From contig OZ037765.1 of assembly GCA_964035545.1 (NCBI GenBank), forward strand, positions 19,654,995 to 19,718,994: a stretch of 64,000 nt of DNA, written 5' to 3'. How positions within the stretch are numbered: position 1 is the first letter of the stretch; every line of letters starts with the position of its first letter. The notes below the pieces were generated by a model. The model was not told the origin of the DNA. It saw only the letters and a list, made by a program, of their open reading frames with translations, and searched no databases. Made by a program: the position numbers and the translations under genes. Of this stretch, positions 12,495 to 25,800 are shown piece after piece. This stretch comes from Bugula neritina. Its lineage: Eukaryota > Animalia > Bryozoa.

Positions 12495-15400
12495 ATATTG
12501 GAATATAGATTTAAGCGGTGATTCACGAGTAGACTCTTCAACTGGCACATGCACTATTTTGTATAACCATATTCAGGAAAAAACTAAATGTTTTGCAACG
12601 GATTTTTTACATTCACAAAAAGACTATTTTTGTTTGTTTGTTAGACAAAAAAATACAAACAGTTGAGGAAAATAAACAAAATGACAAGGCCTATGGCGCA
12701 ATAGCACTGCAGCTAGTAGAGGCATAGAGCCGTGAATGGTTGACAGTCAGCGTATTATTTTCTGTTATATAAGATTTTTATAGTTTTTTGTAAAGCTTTA
12801 GCAACTCAAAGAGTATTTTCTTTTATCTACATTCACAAGAAGACTATTTATAAAAAAGTTTATGAATATCAAAAGTATTTAGCATCAGTTTTAATTGGAA
12901 TGTTTTTATTTTATAAAAATTAAAGATATTGTTAGTCTTTATAACCACTGCTTTATATAAATTGCAATTCATCTTCATTGCAAAGTTAATTTACTTAATA
13001 TTGTGCTTGATTATAATAAAACCAAATGTTTATTATACTAAGTTGCTTTCATCTATTAGCTCAGTAGGCTACCAGTATGTAATTTTTAAGAATTTGAAAT
13101 CTTTGTTTGCAATTTAAGTTATAGGCTTACTATATTATATGACAAACTAAACACAATCTAAACTATAAATAAATGTATTCACGTATTAGCCAAAGTAAAG
13201 TAATAACATCAGCTCATTTTTTTCACTTTTAAAATAATTTCTTCACAAAGGAAGACATTTCGCTATCATTCTTTATTCATTATAATTGGTTTTCTTTACA
13301 AAAGTCATTATAATAATTATTTCAAGAAAAAACAATCTTTATGGATTACCATTAAATCATAGTTTTATATTATTTTTTCACTTGTTAGTAATTTTCAGTG
13401 ATGTATTTAGCCATTCTTCATCACATAAAATTAAACACTAATTGCCTATTAACCCTGACCCTTGATGTATTCTGTCAGCTCTTTAACTTGTTTTACTGTA
13501 TCACTGGTAAAGGAGGATGCAGTCTATTTAGTATTCAGAATTCCTGCCAGCCTTCCTGCCTAACGTTTGCTAGTGCACCGTTTCCTCTCTTTCTCCTATT
13601 AAGCTATTTCAGAGTGCACAGAAATTGTCTGGCTAAAAAAATGATTGTTTAAAAATAATAAGAACTTGGGGGTGATGTAGGGCTAATTGCAGACCATACT
13701 CGTGATCAATTTATCATCTGCTATAACAAGTATAACTGTTAAAATTTGAGTATAGCTGCCTGCGGTCTTTTTTTCTGCATGCAGACATCTTTTTTTAGTA
13801 GCTATCTGTAAGCAATAATGTAGAAGCCTGTCCCTGCGCGTATCCAGGGTACTGAAGCTGCTGAATGCACCTCATCTCGTAATAGTAATTAGTATGGATC
13901 TCAACAACTAAAAACTTAAGCTATTTAGCCTTGCAACTTAAGCATTTTACCCAAATATAAAACCCTAAAGCAGATACATGTTTTACCCTATAGATTGAGC
14001 ACTACGCACTTTAAGTAAAATAGATTTCAGTGATATTCAAAAGTTGACACCTTGAATTTAAAAAAACCTAAAGAAGCATGTAGCTGCATGTATTTATCGA
14101 CTGCAGTTCACTTTAACGTGTTACAGATTAGCAGCTGTTAAACCTCATGTATCACGAATTTGTCTGGTTTACTATAAAGATTTGACATAGCCGTAAGCTG
14201 CTTTTTATCTGTTAAACTCTTGGATCAATTATATGCTGGTTTATTTGCTGCAATAACAGTAAGGGGGTTCCCCAACACGATAAGTCTGCTAAAATCCCAT
14301 TTGGGCAGACTAGTGTACATAATCTTCAAACACTTGCTCAAGTCCATCTCTGAGTGTTAAATAATCACGATTAAAGAGTAACAATACTGTTCAAAATTAT
14401 TTATGTAAATAATCAAATATATAGAGCAGAAAATGCATGCAATTTTATTGCCTAAATAAATAAAGAGGACACAACTTCAAACATTGCCATTTTCAATAGT
14501 GTAAAAGTTTTATTCATTTATTATACATTTAAATACCATTGTTATAAGCTTTCCTCATAATCTGTAGAAGCTGAAAATGTTTTTAAAAAAAGTTCCAAAT
14601 GCAATAAAAACCAAATCTTCATTTGATCAGCTGCCAACTGGCTTTACTCATAATGAGGTTCAAAACTCTAAAATATAATAACCAAACAGTTTATTTATGA
14701 TTTCTCGAGGCTATTTTTATAGTGCAAGTATTTGTGAAAAGGACACATTTACATAGGTCATAGATGCATGTTCTAGGCAATCATTACTGGCTGTACTTAA
14801 TCATAGTAGGTGAAATTTTGGTACAAGACCTTTTTCAAAGTTTAATGAAGTAATATGATATATTCAAGCAGCTTTCATTTTATGCAGCATCTCCTTAGCT
14901 GAACTTTTTTGACGTCAACACAGTGATACTGGTATCAACATCTATTCAAAGTCTAAAAATAAAAAATTTTACTTACATCTACATAGATTAATTATTTTCC
15001 CATTACACATTATGTCTAAAACGCTGGTACATTTTTTGTTTAAATAGTTTATTGTAATAGTTGTATTAGGTTGATTAACAGCATCAATATGATAGGCAGT
15101 CCTCAAGACCAGCTTTAAACATGAAGATCCAAAGGCATTTTTGTTGCAAATGCAGCTGTTGAAAAGTACAATGACCTGGAGTTAGATCTTTTTAACATAC
15201 CAAAGTGGAGGTTACTGACAACACCAGCAGATTTAGTACATGGAAGTTCGAGGTAGACATTAAAAAATTACATTTCAAGATATTTATATGCAGCTGGATG
15301 TAAATACTGTATTTAATGAAAGGATTTGTGTCACACTCATTACTTCAAACAGGTGAAGCCCCCTTTTCCTAAATTTTCAAAACTTATGCCTGGAAAGAAA

Positions 15401-16643
15401 TTTCTATTAGCTGGCAACTCCTGACTGAAAACCTCTGGTTGGAAACCCTTAGTATAGTATTATGTTAAGAGTTGATAAGTACTTTTCAGTGAAATCATAT
15501 TTTTTATTGATAGGCTACATCGAAAGTGAGTGAAACAGCATTAAACTAATGAACCCTCTCAAATTTTATTACGACTTTATAGGAAGCAAGTAAAACAGGT
15601 AAAAGCATATATATTTTCTTTTGCAATTAGCAAAACAAATACTATTTATTCACTGCATATATGTGATATTATACTGTATATATAAAATTGGCAGACTAAT
15701 TTTAGCAGTAGCTATATTTATTATAATGCTCCTCATAACAATAAACATAATTCAAGCTATTAGACGTGACATGCTTAAAATGATGTCATCCACTTATTAA
15801 ATAATTTTGAGTATTTCCATTTTTGCATCATAAACATTGAAGTGCAGCTCTTACATGATAACAGAGTGCCTATCTAATAACCTGCATTGAATGTAGTGCA
15901 CAAATATCTCTCTTTAGTCTCTGTAAGTGCAGTACTCTGATTCTTCCTGCATTCCCTCCTAGGGTATTTGGCAGATTATCTGTAAAACAGGATAAACCTC
16001 TTCATCTGAAAATAGTTTAGATGTATACTAGGTTTTTAAACTTTTATATGGAAAGCTACCAAAAATACTAATTATACAGAGAATGAAAATAATTTCAATC
16101 ATGTTTGTTTATTTGTTTAGCTATAGATATAAATAATTCAATCTATTAGTCAGTTATGGTTGGGGAAACACACACCATGCCATACTTACATACATTATTT
16201 CCAAAATGTTTTTAATTCTTGCGTACACAAAGGTACACAGTGAATTTATTTGAGCATTTGCCTGTATTTGAAGCAGATGTGTATAACATATTTTTTGTAA
16301 CTACCGGACATTTATGTTGGTTAAACCAAAACTGCTTCTTGAGAAGGGTGTAGATATGCACTTACTTTAGTCGCCTGCAGTTGAAATTTTATCATTTTAT
16401 TTTTTTAAAGTCACTTCACATCACAGTCAACGTATTATTGTGTTGTGTGATTTAAATCAGCAAGTGCAATGACTAGTACCAGAATTAAACTTCCAATGCT
16501 GGCTGCATGCAACAGCTTGCTAACATCTATACTATCATGCACATTTATAGCCAAGCACTGTCACCAAATAATACAGCTATTTGAACAATGCTTTGCAAAT
16601 CATGTCTCTAAATCAGACCAGCTTTTGATTTGGCAAACTAAGA

Positions 16644-16842
16644 GTAAGTGAACACAACTTACAAAGCATTATCAGGAGATTAAGCCCATTCTGATTGGCT
16701 AATCTCAACCTCAAACAGCTTATATTGAATAACTTATTTCTGTGAATGTCATGTTTCATTTGAAAACTGAAGCTGGGGCTAGAGAACAGATTTTGATTTA
16801 TCATAAATTGATAGAACAAAGTATTTAGGAGTAATTTTACAG
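16644..16842 (+). promoter_or_regulatory. Putative 5'UTR intron upstream of copy B, conserved in C, D and E; contains an inverted CCAAT motif (CTGATTGGCT at 16691..16700)
   Basis: GA|GTAAGT donor at 16644 and TTTTACAG| acceptor at 16842, 15 nt before the ATG. Donor, acceptor and ATTGG are all retained upstream of copies C, D and E. Copy A also has CCTTCTAG| one nt before its ATG. Confidence 0.4.
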
Positions 16843-16857
16843 CTTTAAAACATAACC

Positions 16858-19800
16858 ATGTCTATAATGAACACTGGGATATATTTCAAATGGCCAGACT
16901 ACCTGGTGTTTAGCTTGTCTCTGGTATTATCAGCAGCCATAGGATTCTACTATGCCTGTACTGGAGGGAAACAGAAGACTACTAAAGAATATCTTCTGGC
17001 TGACAGAAACATGCATTGGCTTCCTGTTGCAATCAGTCTGGCAGTGAGGTGAATGATAAAATTCACTTTGTAATTGTAACTATATGGAGTAATAATTCTA
17101 ATTTATTTTCGCTCTGTTCAGAATGCGTGCAAATTGTGTTGAAGAAACATCATGTTGCACATAACTTACTTTACTTACTTTAGTTTTCTGTTGTTTAAAA
17201 TAGTATTATAAATGAATGAAAAGTGTAAAAGAAAAACTGGATTCATTACTGCAAAACAATGAAATAATTATTATTGTATTCTTTTGTTATACAAGTCAAC
17301 CTATTGCCTCTAAGTTTGCAAATCTTATAATCAGTTATAAATACCCAAAAGAGTTTTAAGAAAATTTGTTGTCTGTGAATATTGAATGACATGTTTTTAT
17401 TTTGCAGTTTCACATCTTCTGGCATTCTAATTGGTCTTCCAGCTGAGATATACACATTTGGTACAATATACATGTTTACTTTGGTTGGCAGACCAATAGC
17501 GGCTGTCTTATCTGCTAAATTGTTTATCCCAGTGTTTAAACAAATTGGTTCTATTAGCCTGTACCAGGTAATTTCAAACAGAGTATTGTAGAAAATAATA
17601 AAAGTTGTTCATTGTGTTTAAGTTCTCTTCAAGTATTTTTCTATAACTTATAAATCATAATCCATTAAAGTGTGAGTAAACTTATTGAATTTAGAAATAT
17701 AGAAATTGTTAGTGTGTATTGTTTTAATATTTGCTACTACAAGCACTACACAACACTACTTATGTATATCATCGTAACCATTAACCTTCTCTTTAATAGC
17801 ATGACAAATTGTTTAGTTTAAACATTACACTATTGTATTTTGAAGCTATGTATAATAACTCACAATGTATTTTTTGTTATCTAGTACATCTATAAAAGAT
17901 TTGGCAGACTCTTGAGTATTATTCTGCTAGTAGAGGGATTCTTTTTATCGGTGAGTCATTTAAATATTCAAGTTTGTGTTTGCTGACTTTCAATGCAGCA
18001 AAACTAGTGACTAATCTACTCATCGTGTTTTTGATTATAAAAAGCTAATAGGAATTGTCATCCCAAAACAAAAGCTTTTAAAATTATGCATTTGCAAATT
18101 TTACTTCTGGTGTTACAACTATGATTTTCTCAAATTATTAGCACTGTTTTGTAATTTGTATGCATTATACTACATTTATATGTTCTTCAAAAAGTATGTT
18201 ATAGAATATTTTTAAGATTGTCATAGTGCGCCAAAATAACACAGCTCACAACAAAAAATTATAATTCAATTATCAATTTGAATACTGTAAACTGATGTAG
18301 AATTATTAAAAAAATCTTCAACAATTGCCTTGCCTGCTAAATATTCTTATGCTTTGAATAGGTGTCACTACTATTTCTTGAAGCTAAGTAAGCTACTTTA
18401 ATAATTTTTTTAACAGATAAATATAGCTAAGCGGAATTTTTAAAGCTTTTAGCCTGTCCTGATGACTTTAGGTACCTAACTTATTAACATAATATGAAAA
18501 CCACTTTTTACTAACAAATATTTTTTATAGGACATTTAGACAGTAATTGAATGAATATGCTTTGATTAGAAGGTGGACTACTGATTCAACTGGAAATTAC
18601 ATAAGAAAAGATTGAAACGCATAAATCTTTATAAAATATGCATATCTCTGCTTACTAGTATAAATACAAGACTTTGATTTGACTGCTGAAATTATATCAT
18701 AAGCATATTGTACAGTTAGTAGGTCGCTACTAAACTATAGCTAGAATAATTGTATGAGAAGATAATCACCATGCAAAGCATATTATATATTATTACTAGC
18801 ATATAAGAAACAGGAACTGTAAGATTCAGCAAAGCTATAACTTTCACTTTTGCAGATGCTGTTTGGAGCACTAATAATTTATGGACCAGCATTGGCTATG
18901 TCAGGAGGTGAGCTATAGTGTGGTAAAACCAATGTTTTTGAACATATGTTAGAAGTCATGGAGGTATAAACTTCATTAGCTGTGCTGTTTAACTTAAATG
19001 ATCTACAAAAATAACATGTCTAATTTCTTATAAACTACTTGCTTTTTCATTACCTACCAGTATCATTCGATGTAATAATTTGGTGGTAACACTTTTGTAT
19101 GATATTTTTCAACTCTCTTATCTTGATATATAAAACTTTAATCACCTTTTTGTAAAAATGCAGGTATTGAAATATAAGCTATGTTGTCAACATCTATACC
19201 CTATCAACAACCAGTGAAATGTTACCCTCTGCTTCCCTTATTAATAGTGCCATAGTAAGTAGGCAGCACCAATTACTTACTTACTTTGTAAGTAGTGTAG
19301 AGCTCAAGCTAGCAAACTGTCTCATGATTCAAAAATTATTAGGATGCAATGGTAGTAAGGGAGCAGCCGTGGTTTTGGGGTTAGAGCGTTTCGCTTAGTG
19401 AACACGAAGTCATGAGTTTGAAACCCGGTAAAGGCCATTGATGTTAGGAAGAGCATCCAGTCATAATTGCTCCTGTGCCACATATGAATAAGTCCTTAGT
19501 TAATAAAAGTTTTTTCCATCAGAGGTTTTCTCGCAGGGATGGCGACCATAAACTCCCGTGAGTTTTGAGTAGTAATTTTTATATTTTTAGTAACTGGTTT
19601 GAACCTCTGGGTTGCTGTATGTTCCGTAGGACTGATTGCTATGCTGTACACAGTCTTGGTAAGTAGTTTATTCTTTGGTTTTCTAAATATATTGTATGAT
19701 AATTTCAACGACATTATGTAACTAATTTTAATTTAATCATGATAATACTGAATAGTTCTTAGTATTTAACTGGTTATCATAAGGTCGATAAGAAATATAT

Positions 19801-22800
19801 TATTTCGTGAAACATCTTCATGTAAAAATCTCTTAGTTTTCAGTTTATGGAAATGATGGATCTACCCATGAGTGGTTGCTTATAAAATTTTCTTTTCAAC
19901 TGTGTATAGCTGGATGCCTTCAGTAGATAAGGCTGTCACTTTTATTTACCAGAACCTTTGTTATAAAATTCTGTAGTAAAGCTGATAAAGCCTATGACCT
20001 ACTTTTGCCACAGCGAATTGGTCAATGACCTCAGAAACTATGTGATAACATAACCACTAATGAGATTTAAATTTAGCATGAAAAGTTATTACAAAACTAA
20101 TAAAAGTACTATTCTAAATATTATATGGTTTCAATAATTATAGGCATAGACAAAAACACAATTTTTAGTGCAATGATGATAACTGTCATATGAACTGTTA
20201 ATTAGATGTTATATCGAAATTATGACAATAGCATGAGTGTTATCAAAGTTAAAATATAGTGGTTGCTTATACTTGCATGTGATGGCACAACAAATATATA
20301 TATTAGTTATAAAATGAAAAATTAAGAGATGCAGCATAAAATAATGATTGATATTAGTTACAACTAAAACTTTTATACTTGTGTAAGCTTATATTGTATG
20401 AAGTGTTAAAAATCAAGTTTTGCTTTTACCTGTAATAATTCATGCACCATTACAGTTAAAATCAAAAGTATGCTAAACGAATTGTTGCTAAAAATACATC
20501 ATTTGCATATGGGTCAATTTACTTAATTTAGTATAAACTCGATATCTCTAGTTTTTAGTTAATTTTCACAATAGAACTGTTATTGTATATGGGTTTTTGC
20601 CCTAAATTAATAAATATTAACAAATACAACTAAATGAGTAAATTTTTTATGTTTCTTCGTAATCTACTAGTGAATTGGGATTTTCGGACCATAATGAAGA
20701 AAACCATCACAGTCCACACATATCTATTTAGGTCATATGACAACGGCATTGCACTTTAATGTTCCAGCACTCTCTTCCAGCCTTTGTTCGCTATGCATAG
20801 GTAGAATCAGAACATAACATTACCTCATTTAGTAAATTTTCATAAATCTTGAGCCAACTTTAAGTTTGGTCCTAAATTGCTGATGTTTACTAAAAAAAGT
20901 AAAATGACCTATATTGTGTTAGCTGGCTAAAAATATAATAGTGAATGGTACCCCTTCATGTACCGCATTTTTATGTTAGTTTAATTTTCTTATTTTTCCA
21001 TCTTTTCTCACAGGGTGGTCTGAAGGCTGTTCTTTGGACAGACACTCTCCAGTTCCTCATCATGATAGTTGGATGTATAGTATTACTTATATTTGGAACA
21101 GTTAAAGCTGGTGGACCCAGTGAAGTTTGGAGGGTAAACAAGCTCAGTGGTAGACTGGATATACTAGAGTAAGTTACTTAATATACTGTAGGTTTGGCAG
21201 TGGTCTAGGCTAAATAAATTATATCTATATCAAATAACAATATCTATAACATGGAGTAAGGTATATAGCTCACTTTTCTCATTGTGTTGCTAATATATAA
21301 TTAAAATAGTTGAATATTAATATATTACTTAATGCACCGCTGGCTTGCGAGCTGGCCGTTAACTATTACATCACAGGGACTACTGAGTTGTCTCAACACT
21401 ACACATCAGACATTGGTTTCATTGCTTTTGATTTTCTTGTGTTGTAATTGTATTATTCATGTTTTTTCCGTTTAAGATTTGTACCTTTTATAACAGACTT
21501 TATTGCAAAAGCTAATACTACTTTTAAAAAGATGATTATTTATTATTTTGCATTTTTGAAAATGCTTATAGTATTTTATTTTATTATTCAATATTGCTAA
21601 CATAATAAAACATTAGTATTCAGTATTTTAATTTTTTTGAACTTTTTATTTTAAGGCCAAGTAAATTTTTGAGTTTTGATCCTCGGAGTCGTCACACCTT
21701 ATGGACTCAAGTCTGTAATGCTATATTGATCTACATCAGCGCTTATGGAGCCTCACCAATTGCTATTCAGCGCATTTTGGCACTGAAGCCTGGACCTATT
21801 AATATCTTTCTGTAAGTATTTTGATATAAAAATATAATGTTTAGACATAGTAGAATAAATTAATATTCGCCATTACCATTTTGCATAATAAAGTTATCTA
21901 TAGATGTTTAATATACATTATATATAATGTGATGATGTTTTGAATTGTAATCAAAAACAATGTTTTTGGTGATTATAAAAAAAGTTTACGTAAATAAATC
22001 CTAAATGATTGACTAATATTTAAAAACACCTGGCATTGAGAAAAAAGCTGATCTTAACCATTCAAACAATTAAATAAGAAAGTTATTTAATTGCTACTTT
22101 TTTGATAATCATTTTCTCAACATCATATAAAAGTTAATTTGACATAATATGTTTAATAAAATTAAAATGATTAAAACTATTTCATTATATAATAGTAATA
22201 ACTTTACATAGAATGTTATTCATTATTAGACATATCAATATTCGACTAATAAGTATTATGTTTTCAATACTGTAGATGCTTCACCACTGTGCTACTAATA
22301 ACATTCTCCTTTGAAATAATATGTGCAGCTATTGGCCTCGTAGCTTTTACATACTACAAAACATGTGATCCAGTTGCCAGTGGAGTTATCTTCTCTAAAG
22401 ATCAGGTACACTTATTCTTTTAGGACTAATATTTTTGTAATAATTGTATTCTACATTTAACTTGTCATTCTTATTCAGAATAAGGGAGGGCATGTCAAAT
22501 GACACTACATGTTTGCTGTGGTAGTAGAATTTGCTTAATGATACGCTTTCACATATTTATTAGTAATAGCTCCAAAAAGCTCATGTGAGTTTACAGTATC
22601 TATCTCTTTCAGAACCCTTAATAGAAAAAGTTTGTTTTAAAGTTAAAGGTTAAAGATTTTTTAATGAAGCAATTATGACTGAATGCTTTTCTATTAACAC
22701 CACTGGCGTTTGAATTCAAACCACTGACCTGTATGGGTTTTACTAAAACAGCACTCTAATGGTTTAATGACTCAAGTAAACTTTTCATAGCTATTAATTT

Positions 22801-25800
22801 ATACGTAAAACAATGGCTATAGATAAATGAACACTTAACCCATACAAGCGCAACAGGCGAAAATTTTTCCTAAAGCGTTAATTTATTTATCTTCATTACG
22901 GGCCTTAGAAAGGGTTGAATAGTATAGATGAGCTATCCTTATAGTAATATTCCGTAATGCTAAAATTCCTAACAATATAAAATTATTTTTGCAATTTTCC
23001 ATCAACAATTGTCATAAGGTAGCTAGTCTGCTGCATAAAACAACATATTTGAATGCATACTTTAAAAATTGCGATAATTCCATATTAGTCATTTATGTAT
23101 ATTGCATATATTGAAGTAAAGGGAGAAGATAACCCTTTATAAAATTTTATCAGGGAATCTGAACGCTATCTTTTTGTACAATTCACCTGCTGCAAATTAG
23201 CTCTTTTCAACATCTATTTAAATTTTTTTAAGGGTATAAATAAAGATATTTAAATGGAAAAACTGGTTTATAGTTCTTACGCATTATTTTGGTTGTGTGA
23301 TATCTATAAAATTAAAAGCATATTACATAAGGTTTCATCAACTAGTATGCTTTAAAATTGTGCAGCTCCTACTTGGATTCCATAAAAGCTAGTTGGTTTA
23401 ACTACAGCATTCAACTGCATTGCACTAATACTGTGGAAAAGTATACACTATCTTGAAAACTAGTGATTTACTGTTAAATCTACTGCAAAAAGTTGACAAG
23501 AAGTAATTTAGGATCTAGGCAGTCGAAAAAATTTACACTTAATTGTCACAATGATATAATTATAGTCAGATAATTTAATGTTTTAGATTCAGCCGCTGTT
23601 TACTATGGAAATATTCCAAAACCTGCCAGGTTTATCTGGTCTCCTAATGTCTTCTGTGTTCAGCGCATCTCTTAGGTGAGTTACTATCACATTAAACTGG
23701 CTTTAAACATGTGGGGACAATCTCTTGGATTTGTCTACACTTTGCACACAATCAAGTTATGTGACTTGGTTTCACAATATAGTAAAGCAACTAACTAGAA
23801 TGTAGTTTATGTGCCATTCTCCTTTTTTCTGTCCAAACATTTACATTCTAAAATGTTTTTTCAACTTAGTTTCAGTTACATGGAGTAAGAAATGATGGCA
23901 ATGTTAATAAGAAGTTAGTTGATAGTAAATGTATTTCTCTATTCAAAGCCATAATAGTATATTAATCTTTTTAAATGGCTTTATTTTCTTGTTGAGACTG
24001 CATCAACAAAACTAATACTGGTTGTGCTACAGATATTTCATGCAAAATTAACAATCATCACTACAAAATAAATATTCTTTTCAGCATTTCTTTACTAAAT
24101 AGGTGGTCTAGTATAGCTACCTATTTTTTATAACTATATCATCATACTCAACACTGGTACTAAATACAGTTACTGTAACTGTAGCACAATTAGCTCTGGA
24201 ATGAATGCAGGAGCTGCCATTATTCTACAAGAAGTTATCAAGCCACTGAAACCTAACATGTCTGACCGAAGAGCGGCAGTCATTTGTAAACTACTTTCCA
24301 CTCTCACTGGAATTGTCTCAATTTTATTTGTCATTTTCTTGAGATTTTTTGGAAGTGGACTATTATCGGTAAGACAACTAAATATATGCATGTATTTATT
24401 TTCAAAAGAACTTTTTATTGGTAGAGCCTAGCATTAATAAGGGATTTAAACACAAATTAATTTGCAAAATAGATTTGAACATAATGTTTAAAAATCTTGA
24501 ACATAGAGTTTTCTTAGTGTGTCACGTTTTGAGTTTTTCAAGTAAGTACTAATAATTCGTAACATTTTTTGAGGAAAAAACCTTAACTTAAAAGAAAAAT
24601 TAATGTATGAGGTATAACTTTTCTTATAAATATTGATTTGTCTTGACAGTTGCCTGACACTTTTATTCATCTTTTTTTTAATTATAGCTTTTTGTGCATA
24701 AAAGTGTAATATTTCACGTGACAATACATTTAGCACAGTGGAAGTGTGCAATCTATAAAAGAATACTCCAAGTTATTAAAAAGATGACAACTTTGAACAT
24801 TAGAATACGAACACTATTTTTATTTGTTCAACTTCTGTTAAATATATCCTGAATAAAAATTTGGGCAAAAGTAAAAGGCCTGAAATGTTTTAACTCGATC
24901 ACCTAATTATTTAAATATACTGGTTATATATTTTACACATTTGTGTCAACTTAAAGCATTTCAGTTAGAGCCTAAAGGGATTGCAAGCGAAAATTGATCT
25001 ATTTAGCAACTGTTTAATATAGTGTCCAAAACAGCAAATACTCTATTAATTAAAAAGAATATTTACAGAAACCTGCTTGTTTGTAGGTAACTTTAGCATT
25101 AATTGGTATAGCAACAGGACCATCCGTAGCTGCTTTTACTGTTGGAATCTTCTTTCCATTTGTTGATGGTAGATGTGCTGTAATTGGAAACGTCATGGCA
25201 ACAGGTATGTTGATTGCAGTTTAGATAGTCAGTTTAAGCAGTATAAGGGTTTCTGGCATACATAAAACTGCTTATGCGTGTGTGCGCGTGTGTTAATACC
25301 ATTGCTATCTATTTTCATAGTCTTTACTACCTGGTTGAGTTTTGGTGGACTAGTCAACAAGCCATACGTGTATTCCTACCCTGTAACTACAGCTGGTTGT
25401 AACATCACTGATGAGAATTTACTTGCTAATATATCATCTCCTGTATATGACCCCAGTACATGGAACCCTCAGTCTCACTACAGGTATAATATCTATATTA
25501 TTTTTAGCTTCAACAATTGTATACATTCATATATTTGTATTATATCTGATTATATGTTTAAATTCCATGCTACATGCTACATATGGAATATATAAAACTA
25601 GGATCAACAAGGCACAGTAACATAGACTTATTTCTTTTACTTTGACTTATATTAGTACATACAATGTAAATATTTTATTCACTCTGTCAATATATATGTA
25701 GTCTTCAAAAATTATTGTAATGGTGTTTTATACTAATTAGCTACTAACTGCATGTTTACTATCAGCTCACCACATCACTAAACTGTGTGCCATTTAAAGT

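Noticed and set aside
14550-15260. Possible decayed coding or transposase sequence between copies A and B
   Set aside because: The frames I translated contain multiple stops and no motif I can confidently assign; tBLASTx against a TE protein library would be needed.
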